This document shows positions 36,716 to 49,518 of a stretch of 64,000 nucleotides of DNA, in pieces. Made by a program: the position numbers and the translations under genes. Origin of the DNA: Paraspadella gotoi (taxonomy: Eukaryota; Animalia; Chaetognatha); assembly GCA_051294375.1 (NCBI GenBank), contig CM119271.1, forward strand, positions 5,237,281 to 5,301,280, written 5' to 3'. The notes below the pieces were generated by a model that saw only the letters and a list, made by a program, of their open reading frames with translations, was not told where the DNA came from and did not search any database. Each line of letters begins with the position of its first letter. The stretch's first letter is position 1.

Positions 36716-37249
36716 CTGAGGAAGAGGAAGAGGAAAAATAGGAAAAGGTTTTATCAAATATAAAAATATTGTTCAAGTTTCGGTTCCTATTTCCGACTGA
36801 CCCTATCAATCTGTTTATCCGAGCATTTCTCTTGAAACTTGAAAAACATTTAACTAAAATAATACACTATGAAAACGGAAGGATGTAATGCAATCCTGAA
36901 AAGTTAAAGATTTATTAAAAAACGTCTGAATTAAAATTTGACTCGAGAAGACATTGTGTTAAATTTTTCCTTTTTGTTGTTTGGGTAAAATTAGAAAAGC
37001 AACGAGTGTAAAGAACAAAAAGATAACTAAAAGAAGAAAGAAGATTTAATATTAAATAGAAGCCCCCCAAAAAAGACCCAAAACAACAACAACAACAACG
37101 CCAAACAACCGAGTGAAACAATGGTTTCCTTTTTCATGCTTCTTCTTGACACACACACAGAAACGGAGAGAAACACACAAAAACACCCAGAGAAAATGGT
37201 GGCAGAGAATGGCATTTTTATTAGTCCCATATCGCGACAATGATTTAAA

Positions 37250-37274
37250 AAATAGATGCGCTCTCTCTCTCTCT

Positions 37275-37356
<82 letters not shown>

Positions 37357-37547
37357 TCAATATCTCTCTCCGATCTCACCTCCTCTCTTCGCCGTATTCC
37401 TTGTTTCTATAATCTTTCTTCTCCTCTCCTCCTGCTTCCTCCTCCCCATAAACATCTAACTTCATTTTGTGGCCATGCAAATCAGCCGGAGCAATTGGCC
37501 TCCTGAGGAGAGTTTTAAGAGGGAGGCGAGAGAGAGAGAAGAGGAGA

Positions 37548-37606
<59 letters not shown>

Positions 37607-39548
37607 AGATGGAATAACAATGAAGGAATCCAGAAACGCCGCCGAGTCGACTTACCGTTTCACGTCGAGAATAAATCGTACTTTTGTCTCTAATTATTAG
37701 TCACGCGACGACGATGAAGACGACGACGATCGACGACGACGACGACTAGAAGGACGGCGATTAAGAAAAATGACGATCATGACGATGGTGAAACAAACGA
37801 AAATGACGATGATGATAACGACTAGGATGAACGACGATCAATGAGGAAGGGACAACGAAGATAGACGACTAGGATGATGACGATTAAGAAACATGACGAT
37901 GGTGGAAACGACGAAAAAATGACGACGATGAAGAGACTCGATGACGACGACAAACAAAAATGACCGCGAAGAAGACGAATGAAGATGACGACGACAAACG
38001 ACGATGAAGACGACGACGAAGAAACCCTTAAAATCGTATCGTTCTAAAACTGGAGGAATAAATTGCGTGAAATGTAATTTGTGAAAATGTTGAAATGTCT
38101 AACAATAACGGAAAGACGATGTCATGTAGGTAAATGAAGGGCACACGACGACGACGACGCGACGACGACGACTACGAAAGACAATCGTTAAAGCGAAAAA
38201 AGAAAAAACGTGTTGGAATCGGTTGGCATGGAAACAAGAAACTGCTTTGAGTCTTCTTCATTGTCCGTCGTGACGAATCCTAGAGACGGATTAGATTTTC
38301 TGCCGCCGTCGATGGGGTCTTTTTCTTTCATCTTTCTTTTTACTCTCGTCTTTTTTTCTTTCTTTTTTCTTTTTTTACTTTCTTTTTTTCTTTCTCTTTC
38401 ATTTACTGTCTTTTTCTTTTTCTTTTCTTTTTTTCTTTTTTTTTTTTCTTTGTTTCCACTTTTTCGTAAACCGTCTCTGGCCGCTTCCGCTCTCCCCGTG
38501 AGGTATCCTGCGATTTCTCTCTCTCTTTCTCTCTCTCTCTCCCTTTTCTCAAGATATCGTTGCCCCCCCCCGCCTCTTACGGCTCGAGGTTCAAAAATAA
38601 TTTTTTCTCGAGATAGAATTTCTTCTTCTTCTTTTTTTTTTCTTTTTCTTCTTCCTTCTTTTTTTCTTTTAAATGCTTCGCGCATCAATCGTCGGGTTTT
38701 TTAATGAACCCCTTTTACGCCGAAGACGCCCGTCGTTCCACGGTGCCGACCGCGCGCTTCCTCAGTGCTCGATCTCTTTTGGTCCCTTATCTGATTTTTT
38801 TTTCTTACGCAGTTCCGCAAGTCTTACTTGGCTCTTACCGTCCCTCTCGCTTTCTTAAATCTCTTTGTCCCTCTCACTCTATGAATCTCTTTGTCCCTTT
38901 TGGACCTAACTCTCTTTGTCCCTGCTTATGCAGAATTCGCTCTCTTGTCCTTCTGGACTGATTTCCTAAATCTCTTTGTCCCCTCTCACTCTATGATGCT
39001 CCTTGTTCCCCTTTTGCCTAGACTCTCTTTGTCGCCTCTCTTGCCGCTCGATCTCTTTTGTCACATATTTGTAAATTCTTTTCGTCGACATTGGTGCCTC
39101 CTCTAAAAAAGGGTTGTTTTTTTTCCCGTTGAAAGTTTTCAAAATTCTCAATTATTTAAAAAAATCCAATCTAAGAGTATCGTATTGCCAAATCGCACCT
39201 TCAAAACCATCAATCGCGTTTAAATTTTAAAAAATTCTAAGTAATAGACGTAAATAGACGTAATAACGATACCTTACCATCCGTTCCCCACCCGCGCGGA
39301 ATTCGAGGTCCCCGCAAGCGGCGACATCTACGGTTCGGGGCGGCGCCGCTCCCTCACCGTACTCAACCCAATCCCCTCCGCCCCGCGATGGTCGTCGCCA
39401 ATGGCAACCAGGGGACGCTCACGGGTTCGCTGCTCCCCGAATCACCAACCCGCGGCGGAACTTACATCAGCGCAACGCACACCCTGGCTTCTTTAATCCC
39501 CTCTCACCAGTATCAAGGCTCACCTTACATCAGTGTTAGGTTGTGGCG
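37250..39548 (+). repeat. Error-rich inverted copy of ~43606-45760, including a frameshifted copy of the 43622-43833 exon (~39307-39532)
   Basis: Reverse-complement colinearity with indels; ORF 39388-39570 is a corrupted version of ORF 43526-43759. In addition, ~36970-37400 is repeated inverted at ~39670-40115. Confidence 0.8.
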
Positions 39549-39714
39549 AAGAAAAAAGGAAGGGTGGTGAGAAAGAGGAAAGAGAGAGAGCGGAGGGGAA
39601 GTGCTTATCCTTAAAAACATCTTCCTTTGGGGGGAAATGATGGGTAACATTTAGAGGTTGAGGGGAGGAAGATGGATGAATGAAAGGGGTGAGATCGTGA
39701 GAGGGAGATATTTA

Positions 39715-39804
<90 letters not shown>

Positions 39805-40139
39805 AGAGAGCGGCAATCTATTTTTAAATCAGTGCGCGATATGGGACTAATTAAAATGCCCATTTCTCTGCCCACCATTTTCTCTGGGGTGTTTTTTTTG
39901 TGTGTTTCTTCTCTCCGTTTTCTGTGTGTGTGTCAAGAAGACAATGAAAAAGGAAACCATTGTTTCACTCGTTTTGTTGGCGTTGTTGTTGTTGTTGTTT
40001 TGGGTCTTTTTTGGGGGGCTTCTAATTTAATATAAATCTTCTTTCTTCTTTTAGTTATCTTTTTGTTCTTTAACACTCGTTGCTTTTCTCTAATTTTACC
40101 CCAAAGCAACAAAAAATATAAAGGATAATTTAATTATTG

Positions 40140-43100
40140 TAAAATTTAATTCATACCAAGAGACCGAAGAATATGGCAATTTTGGAAAAATTGTCCAAAA
40201 AAAGAAGAAAAAAAAATACCCTTTAAACCCCCAATAAAACTGTACAATCGAAATATCCTGCTTTAATATTTTAAATGTACGTTTTACGGTAATTCGATTT
40301 TTGAATGTCAACATATAACAGTACGTTTTTATAAGTTCTAGATCTATCATCACGGAAACTTATACTATTAGTAAATCTTTAAAGGAGAAAGTTTATTTTT
40401 TAAAAAAATCGATTTTTAAAAATAAGTTTGAAGACAAACATTGTCGGATCTACCCACGATCATCATCGGTAATTAATTAATTAATAATAAAATAATTAAA
40501 GAATTAATTAATTCAGTTAATTAATTATTTATTAATTAATAATTAATTTAATATCAAGCTCTGAATTTTTATTTATATTGGAAATTTTGATCATAGAATA
40601 ATGTTATTGTATTTTAAAGATACTTGATTTAATCTAATCTGATTTTACATAGTGATAAGATGCTTATTTTACACATCTCTGCATCTAATTGATGAATACA
40701 CGTTTGTATTTATCTATTTCGATAGTAGTAATTCTATCTCTTGCATTATCTATTAATAATATAAAAAAGTGTTATAAGTATAGTCTAATTATACACTTAG
40801 TGAAAGCAGGTTTTTTTGTTCATTTTATAGTATAGACTACATCGTCACTCCACGGATAAACAAACACAGATTGCAGGATAGAGGGAGGAAAGAAGTGAAG
40901 GAGATAAACAAAAACATGTTTCACTAATTTATTATGGCTTTCTTTTACTTTTTATATTAATGTAAATGCAAGATGAATAATTATTCGCGAATGAATATAT
41001 AACAGGTTAGATTACACATCAACCTTAGTGATATAAAACTTTTAATAATTAAAATTACAATTAATACATGTTTTAATTAATCATAATTCATAAACTTACA
41101 TTTATTGAGCAAATTATTAATCCATAATTAACTAATAATTAAACTTGGTAAATAATATCTTACATATTATTTAATTAATTAATCTAACTCTAATTTCAAA
41201 CTTTGATACTTAATTCATATATTTTAATTATTTAACCTTGATTAATTAATTAATTACTGATAGAATGAAATACGTGAAGATAAGATTCCGACAATGTTTG
41301 CCTCAAACCTTATTTTTTTAAAAATCGATTTTTTTAAAAAATTACTTTCTCGCTTAAAGATTTAATTACGCTCAATAAGTTTTCCGATTGAATCTGAAAC
41401 TTAAAGGACGTGTTAACTTTGACTGAAAAAATTTCCCTATAGCATTTAAGAAATATCTAAAGAAGAGCGATAGCGCTCTTCGATTGCTACAAGTTATTTT
41501 TTTATTGGCCGGTTATCAAGGACAAAGGGATATTCATTTTTTCCTCGTTTTTAGGCGACGAATTTCGTCATAATGTCCTGTAACTTCTCGGCCTTGGATG
41601 ATCTACACTTTAAGAATTTAGATATGGCCAATCGAGACACTCCTTGTCTCTAATCTCATTTTTATCAATAATAAAAAAATTTGAAATTTGAATAAAGTTT
41701 AATAAATACTTTTTTTAAAGTATCGCTGTTGGCAGCTTGGCAGCAGCAACAGCAAGCAAACGCTCTCTGCTTAAAAATAATACTCAGAAAATTCTGGAAA
41801 ATACAGAGTGCCATGTGAAAAGATCCTCCCTAACATGGAAGAGCATATTAAGCAGTGTGAAGCACTTAATATCTATGTAATATTGTTGTTGTAAAGCTAT
41901 TTTAGTGCTTGTCTCAGATATAGACCAATGAGACGAGAAAATTACTCTGATACCCTTTACTCTAGTAAAGCAATACAGACTTACTGTCGAGAAATTCAGA
42001 TTTTGTAAAAGTATGCAAAAAACTCTTAATTAATTATGCATACTATAAATGAGATTAATGCTTATTTTAATTTAACGTGAATAGTCTTTTCTCGATAGCA
42101 CCCACACCAGCTGAACTAAAGTACTAGCTTTGTGCATATTCATATTAGTGGCTTATAAAAATTAGAATCAAATCCAGCTCAATCTCTGCATATTTTTAGG
42201 GTATAAAATATTGATCAAGTGAAACTATATGTATGAATTTCTCTTAAAGTTTTTGGTGACACATGATAGAAAAAAAAAATTTTTCTCTATATATAGCAGT
42301 CTCTACCTTATATCAAACAAGCTGTTGAGAAGAAGATAGAGTGAAATCGAAAAGAGAGAGAAATATTTTCACTAGAATAAAATATATTGATCAACATCGG
42401 TAAAATAAGATTATTGTATTTAATTATATCAAAATAAGTCGAAAAACTTAGTACATTTATGCCTACAGTATATGAAACAGGGAGTAAACTGGATTGATTT
42501 TTTATAAGATGTACATTTAAACAGTAGCCAAAAAAGCATACTTTATCTGGCTTGTGGTCTCAAAAATTTCTATAATTAAAATAAAGCATAAATACTGCAT
42601 TGTGCATAGTTTGATAAAGATTATTTCTACTATATACTAATTTCTCATCTTAGCGTGCATGGCTCAGTATTGATTCTTATTTGTTTTAAATGCATTAAAA
42701 CAATTACATGTGATACTATTGTTCTTTTATACTAAGCTCTCTCTTTTGGGAGAATCTTTCTAACTTTATACTCTGTTCATTGTAATATTTTATTTACTTT
42801 TATAGTAGCACACTGTAATAGAGAATATATATATCATATTAATACACTTTATAATCAAATTTCATAACATTTTTTGATTTATTTATTATCAAAAAAGAGA
42901 TTATTATGAGCAAGGATCTCTAAGTATACATTAAATTTTTTCCGTTAAATTAGTGTGTCACCGAAGGCAGAGATATGAGGAATTTTGAAATTAGTCAAAA
43001 GAGAAAAATACCCCTTTTTAAACCCTAATAAAACAAACTGTTACATATCGAAATTATTCTATTATATCATTTTATACAAGATAAGGTAAATATTTTCATT

Positions 43101-43580
43101 CAAATTACAGTCTTCACAGTTTCCAGATCTCAATCGGAAAACTTATACTATTAAATCCTTTTAAGGAGAAAGTTAATTTTTAAAAAAAATCGGATTTTTA
43201 TAAAAATACAGTTTGAGAAATAACTTGTCGATCTACCCACGACATAATCGGTAATCTCTAATTAATGTAATAAATTTTTTTTTTTTTTTAATTAATTATA
43301 ATTAAATAATTAAGAAGTAATTTAATTAATTAATTAATTTAAATTAATTAATAATTAATTATTATTCAAGTTAATTATTTAATTAATTAGGAAATTTTGA
43401 TCAGAAATGTTTGTGTTTGATTGATTAATTAACTGATTAATTAATTATGTGATTAATTAATTGACTAAATTGATGAATTAAGACTGATAATTATTCTCGA
43501 TTAATTAATTCATCTTGCATTACATTTATATAAAAGTTAAAAGAAGCATAATAAATTCGTGAAACAGGTTTTTTTTTTTT
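40140..43580. other. Forward/reverse/forward passes over the same ~1.3-kb sequence (fold-back read artefact) containing a HINE family A end
   Basis: The block AAAAATACCC..AGATCT..GGAAACTTATACTATTA..GTCGGATCTACCCACGA occurs forward at ~40210-40470, inverted at ~41280-41530 and forward at ~43000-43250. Turning points are at ~40841-40905 and ~42282-42364. Confidence 0.75.
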
Positions 43581-43621
43581 NNNNNNNNNNNNNNNNNNNN
43601 NNNNNCCCGCCACAACCTTAC

Positions 43622-43833
43622 CTGATGTAAGGGTGAGCCTTGATACTGGTGAGAGGGATTAAAGAGCAGGGTGTGGTGGTGATGGTAAGTTCCGCCGCGG
43701 TGGTGATTCGGGAGCAGCGACCCGTTGAGCGTCCCCTGGTTGCCATTGGCGACGACCATCGCGGGGCGGAGGGTTGGGTTGAGTACGGTGAGGGGAGCGG
43801 CGCCGCCCGAACCGTAGATGTCGCGCTGCGGAC
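43622..43833 (-). CDS. Ig-superfamily membrane protein, cytoplasmic exon (PQRDIYGSGGAAPLTVLNPTLRPAMVVANGNQGTLNGSLLPNHHRGGTYHHHHTLLFNPSHQYQGSPLHQ)
   Basis: AAG|GT acceptor in phase 1 matching the donor at 46667; CAG|GTAAG donor; 212 nt open; GC-rich. Confidence 0.75.
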
Positions 43834-44523
43834 CTTGAATTCGCGCGGGTGGGGAACGGAGGTAAGGTATCGTTATTACGTCTATTTACGTCTATTTATA
43901 GAATTTTTAAAATTTAAACGCGATTGAAGGTTCGAAGGTGCGAAGTTTGCAATACGATACTCTTTAGATGGATTTTTAAATAATGAGAATTTTGAACTTT
44001 CAACTTTCAAACTTTTTAAGAGGAGGCCAATGTCGACGAAGAATGTACAAAGATGTGACAAAGAGATCGAGCGGCAAGAGAGGGACAAAGAGAGTCTAGG
44101 GCAAAAGGGACAAGGAGATTCATAGAGTGAGAGGGACANNNNNNNNNNNNNNNNNNNNNNNNNNNNNNNNNNNNNNNNNNNNNNNNNNNNNNNNNNNNNN
44201 NNNNNNNNNNNNNNNNNNNNNNNNNNNNNNNNNNNNNNNNNNNNNNNNNNNNNNNNNNNNNNNNNNNNNNNNNNNNNNNNNNNNNNNNNNNNNNNNNNNN
44301 NNNNNNNNNNNNNNNNNNNNNNNNNNNNNNNNNNNNNNNNNNNNNNNNNNNNNTCTTCGGCGTAAAAGGTTCATAAAAAACCGACGTTGATGGCGAAGAT
44401 AAAAGAGAAAAAGAAGAAGAAGAAAAAGAAAAAAAAAAGAAGAAGAAGAAAAATTCTCATCGAGAAAAATATTTTTGAACCTCGAGCGTAAGAGGCGGGG
44501 GGGGCAACGATATCTTGAGAAAG

Positions 44524-44554
<31 letters not shown>

Positions 44555-44861
44555 GCAGTGGATACCTCACGGGAGAGAGCGCCAGAGACGTACGAAAAGT
44601 GAAACAAAGAAAAAAAGAAAAAAAGAAAAGAAAGAAAAAAGACAGTAAATGAAAGAGAAAGAAAAAGAAAGTAAAAGAAAGAAAAAGAAAGAAAAAAGAC
44701 AGTAAAAGAAAGAGAAAGAAAAAGACATCGACGGCGGCAGAAAATCTTATCCGTCTCTAGATTCGTCACGCGGGACAAGAGAAGACTCAAACGCGTTTCT
44801 TGTTTCCATGCCAACCGATCCAACACGTTTTTTCTTTTTTCGCTTTACGATTGTCTTCGTA

Positions 44862-44896
<35 letters not shown>

Positions 44897-45745
44897 TGTG
44901 CCCTTCATTTACCTACATTGACATCGTCTTTCCGTTATTGTAGACATTTCACATTTTCACAATTACATTTCACGCATTTATTCCTCCAGTTTTAGAACGA
45001 TACGATTTTAAGGGTTTCTTCGTCGTCGTCTTCATCGTCGTTGTCGTCGTCATCATCGTCTTCTTCGCGGTCATTTTTGTTGTCGTCGTCATCCGAGTCC
45101 TCTTCATCGTCGTCATTTTCGTCGTTTCACCATCGTCATTTTCTTAATCGTCATCATCCTAGTCGTCATCTTCGTTGTCGCCTTCATCATTGTCGTCGTC
45201 ATCCTAGTCGTTATCATCATCGTCATTTTCGTTGTTTCACCATCGTCATGATCGTCATTTTCTTAATCGCCGTCCTCCTAGTCGTCGTCGTCGTCGTCGT
45301 CGTCGTCTTCATCGTCGTCGCGTGACTAATAATAGAGACAAAAGTCGATTTATTCTCGACGTGAAACCGGAAGTCGACGTCGGCCGTTTCATGATTTCCT
45401 CATTGGTTTATTTCCATCGTGCTCTCTACTCTCTCTCTCTCTCTCTCATCTCTGCATCATCTCTCTCTCGTCCCTCGTTTTGGTTTTCTTTATTTTTATC
45501 GGCGTTCTCGTTCTCTCCTTCCAACGTTCCCTCGCGGCCCCTTTCTCTGCTCGCCTCTCCTAAAATATCTTTCTCCAGGAAGCCAATTTTGCATTTCCGG
45601 CTGATTTAGCATGGCACAAATGAAGTTAGACTGTTTATCTGGGAGAGGAAGAGGACGGAGGAGGAGAAGAAGATTAGAAAAAGAAGACGGCGCAAGAAGA
45701 GAAGTGTCTACCGGACGGAAGAAAAGATATTCGGAGTGAGAGATT

Positions 45746-45798
<53 letters not shown>

Positions 45799-46666
45799 GA
45801 AGCGAGAGAGTAGAGAGAGAGGAGAGAGATGAGAGAGAGAGAGAGAAGAGAGAGAAGAGAGAGAGAGAGAGAGGAGAGAGAGGAAACGGAGTGAGACATA
45901 GACAGGCTGACAATCATGACGAGAAAAAGTGAAGGAGAAGACTGAGAGGGAGCGACGAGAAGACAGTTCCGCAAGAGAAGAGAGAAGAGATAGAGAGAGA
46001 GAGAGAGGAGAGGGGAAGAGATTATAGTAGAGTAACGAGTATTGTTGATGTATGATTTTAGGATGTATTGGATTGATGAAGTAGATTATTGTATGTGACT
46101 GAGTAAATCTGTTAGTATTAATTGATCTTATATAGTGTAGTATGTTGATTCAGATCGTTCGAGCATCGAGACAGGACGTCGCAAGACTCGATATGTAAAA
46201 AAAAGATTGAGATCGAAAACAGACACAAGACTCGACGGGAAAGAGACAAGACAGGACAAGAATCTAAGACGTGTCAAGTCAACAATACAAGACACACATC
46301 ACAGGTGAAACAGAAGCGAATTGAAAAGAAACAGACGGACAGACGGATTCGCTTCATGACGATTTACTGAGGAGAGGACGAGGTTGCAACGACGTGTTTT
46401 TTTAATCCTTTAGTTTTAGAAAATCTTCGTTAAAATGATTATAAGTAGTAATAATAATATATAATTGAATACTAGTAAAATTTAAAAATATGAAATTAGA
46501 AAGAAAAAAATCAGAGCTAAGTTTTTTACTCTTTTCCCTCCTAATCTCCTAATCTTCTCTTCCCACTACCCCTCTATTCCCCCGCCCTCTTCCTCTTCTC
46601 TCCCTTTCCTCTCTCCTCTCCCTCTCTCCCCCCCTCTCCTCCCCCTCCTCTCCACCCTCTCCTCAC

Positions 46667-46925
46667 TCTTCGGATCCGCGACTGCGCTTGCGCAGAGGAC
46701 GTCCCTCTTGTAAAGGATGAGGAGAACCAAGATTGAGATGAGGAGAAAACAGGATGAAACCAATATGGCGAGGAGCGTGTTGAAGGCGGACGACTTGCTC
46801 CGCCGCACCGCCGAGCCAGACAGCAGGGTCTCGCCGTCCACGCCGCCGCCGCCCGACGGAGCGCTGTGGATGCGGACCACTTTGATGGTGATCCGCTTGA
46901 CCACGTAGGAGCCTTTGTGGCTCAG
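46667..46925 (-). CDS. Ig-superfamily membrane protein, exon with the transmembrane helix (AFNTLLAILVSSCFLLISILVLLILYKR)
   Basis: AAG|CTG acceptor (phase 0) and A|GTGAG donor (phase 1); hydrophobic ~22-aa stretch followed by a basic YKR stop-transfer. Confidence 0.85.
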
Positions 46926-47181
46926 CTTTGGTCGGTGGGGGGAAGGAGTGTAAGAGTGTTTCAGTTGTGTTGATAGTTTAAAAAATAGTAAAAGTAAGCA
47001 GTCGCAAAAGAATATTTATTGTTTAAGAACATTGTGATATGTGAACATCACGTTATTAATATTTTTATTTTTGTAAGTTAAATGTTTTTTAGCTCCGGCT
47101 TTTTAAAAACACTTTTCTTAATGGCTTACGACTTCTCAAACTCTTTGAATCCCTTACCCTCGTAATTTCTCCTTTCCTCAC

Positions 47182-47289
47182 CGGCTGATGTCTCTTCGCC
47201 CTCAGGATCAGCAGCGTGTCGCCCCTGCGCTGCGTAAGATGGGACGTCTTCAGCCGCAGCACGACGCCGGCTGACCTCCCGCTGATTGG
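47182..47289 (-). CDS. Ig-superfamily membrane protein, extracellular exon (PISGRSAGVVLRLKTSHLTQRRGDTLLILRAKRHQP)
   Basis: TCTCTTCTCAG| acceptor and |GTGAG donor, 108 nt, phase 0-0. Confidence 0.8.
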
Positions 47290-47440
47290 CTGAGAAGAGA
47301 AAGGTGTGTAATCTTTTGTTATTATTTAAATATTAAACGTTTTGCTTGTCAACATCTGTATTCAATGGAGAACAAGTGTTGGTATTTTGGAATATAATAT
47401 AATGTTATAAATGATAATCATTAGTAGGATGTAAACTTAC

Positions 47441-47537
47441 CTGAACAGAGTTTTTAAGGACAATTCGCTTCGTTGAGATTGTGAGACGCCGAACGCGGAC
47501 CCTGAAGGTCATAAAGCGCCCACGCAGTTGGTCAAAC
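47441..47537 (-). CDS. Ig-superfamily membrane protein, extracellular exon (FDQLRGRFMTFRVRVRRLTISTKRIVLKNSVQ)
   Basis: CTCTTTCAG| acceptor and CAG|GTAAGT donor, 97 nt, phase 2-0, consistent with both neighbours. Confidence 0.8.
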
Positions 47538-48188
47538 CTGAAAGAGGAAGAAGGAAAGGATAAAATTTAGAACTTTTTGATTCAACCGAAAAATGAGATG
47601 AGTTCATCAATCTCATTTTGCATATTGTTCTGTATTGACATTGACTTGTCATAAATTTATTCCGGGTGTCATTTCACGGTCTCAACTCACGTATTCACTT
47701 TTGTCATTAGTGTTAGCAATTGATGATAATGATTGATTAGAGAGTTTGAGATATTGGTCCAGCTAAATATTACTTTTATTTTAAGGACCCATTAACTCCC
47801 TTTACAGAAGAAAAAGAGATAGGAGGAAAAGAGAAAGAAAAGAAAACGGGACCTTCCGACGAAGGAAAGAAAGGGAGGAAAGAAAAGAGAGTAAAAGAAG
47901 AAATGGAGGAAAAGGAAAGGAAGGAGATGGAAGGAAAAGACGCTGGATGACACAGGGGAAGAAAGGACAAAAGGGAGGACAAGGGAAGGGAAAAAAAAAA
48001 AAGAAGATTGAGAATGGAGGGAAAGGAGCAGTTAATGAATGGTTTTTAATGAATGGGGAAAGGTAAAGAAAAGAATTGGGGAGAAGAAATGAAAAAATGA
48101 ATGGGAGAATGGGGGGGGTGTGGAATGTTAGTTAAGTTTTTAATGTTGGCAGAGTGAAAGTGAGAGAGAGAGAGAGAGAGAGAGAAGC

Positions 48189-48226
<38 letters not shown>

Positions 48227-48361
48227 AATAAGAGAAGAGTAGAAAAAAGCTGCCGGAAAAAGACGAAATCTTTAGGCAACAAATACACAAATATAAAAAC
48301 TAACAAAACAAATCCAACTAATTAAAAAACAAACCCAACGAATTAATCGAAAACCACAAAC

Positions 48362-48586
48362 CTCAAAACCGGATGCGAGAGAACGTCGCAGGAGACGTTG
48401 AACTCTTTCCTCTCGGTCTCTGGCAGACTCACGACGTCGTCGCACAAAATCTGAGGCTCGAAATAAACTTCGAGCAAAACGTTCTTCGTGTAGTAGGAGA
48501 GTTCGTCGTCGGCGCGTAGGTGGAGGGTGCGCCGAGGGTGGAACACCGAGAAGAGGGTGTTGGACACGCGGAAAGTGAAGTGGTAC
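48362..48586 (-). CDS. Ig-superfamily membrane protein, exon spanning an Ig-domain boundary (YHFTFRVSN...LLEVYFEPQILCDD...FNVSCDVLSHPVL)
   Basis: CCCAG| acceptor and AG|GT donor, 225 nt, phase 2-2. The L.V.(Y/F).P and V.C.V..(N/H)P pattern is typical of tandem Ig domains in nephrin/Kirre-like proteins. Confidence 0.85.
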
Positions 48587-48721
48587 CTGGGTTGGGTACT
48601 GAGAATATTGTATAACAAGGAACGGTTATTCCAACGTGTTGCGCCGCATTACTTTTTTTTTTTACTTATCTTTTCTTTAAAAACAAAAGGCGGCGCCAGT
48701 AGTCGCTTAGATTTGATTTTT

Positions 48722-48881
48722 AACAAATGAGCAACAAACTATAGGCAAGTTGTAAACGTTTTTAACGTAAGTGGGACAGACCGGCGGACAGACATACCGA
48801 CGGACCAACCGACCGATGGACCGACCGACCGAAAAGTGACTTATAGAGTTGCTCGGCGAGTACTCCCGGCGAAACTAAAAA
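48722..48881 (-). mobile_element. Short HINE-like element, family B, in an intron
   Basis: (GACC/GACR)n tract, then AAAAGTGACTTATAGAGTTGC..AACTAAAAA terminal hairpin/T-run, the same layout as family A. A second copy is at 22301-22435. Confidence 0.55.
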
Positions 48882-49174
48882 GAAAGGCCGCGGAAAGATT
48901 TTAAATGGGTCGTTTGATAAAATCTTCGGCCTTATTTATCGAAAACGTCTGATTTCATCATAAATTCAGTGAGATTGCTTTTTAATTAGGCCCAGTTGCG
49001 GACAATCTTAAGTGGACGAAATCCTACATGGGCACAATTCAATCGGGCGCTCTACTGTGGGAGCAATAAATCTATAAATCTTATTTGCGCACACTGCACA
49101 TTGCACAATTCTGCGATCACCAACTGTTTAAAACTGAGTTGTGCAATGCAATTGACGTTGGCGCTAGGACTCAC

Positions 49175-49313
49175 CCGTTCTGAATGGCCTGGACGACGAC
49201 GTTGTCCGAGTCAATGATGGAGAAGGCTCGCTCGATCTTCCAGGTGATGTTGCTGTTGTTGGTAAAAGGAACGGGGATGGAACGAGCGAATGGATAAAGT
49301 TTGCTTTTAGGTT
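49175..49313 (-). CDS. Ig-superfamily membrane protein, extracellular exon (PKSKLYPFARSIPVPFTNNSNITWKIERAFSIIDSDNVVVQAIQNG)
   Basis: TTTCAG| acceptor and GG|GTGAG donor, phase 1-2, joining 48586 in frame; N-glycosylation sequons NNS and NIT. Confidence 0.75.
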
Positions 49314-49376
49314 CTGAAATTTTATTACTTTTACGAGTTTTTAAACAATTAAATTCGCAACTTTGCCAATTTTTAC

Positions 49377-49518
49377 TCTTTAAAATCATCGGCATTTTTT
49401 TCCCGGCAATTGGAGGCCGACAATTTGCGTCGGCGCGCCCTCCGACCGGCCGACGCGTCGGTCTCGACATCTGCGTCGGCAACGTCTCCGGTCGAAACGT
49501 CACAAATTGAAATAGAGC
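49377..49518 (-). CDS. Probable upstream exon of the same gene (ALFQFVTFRPETLPTQMSRPTRRPVGGRADANCRPPIAGKKMPMILK)
   Basis: GC-rich, in frame with ORF 49171-49605; the A|GT donor and a 63-nt intron lead to 49313 in phase 1. The acceptor (GAG) is weak. Confidence 0.5.
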
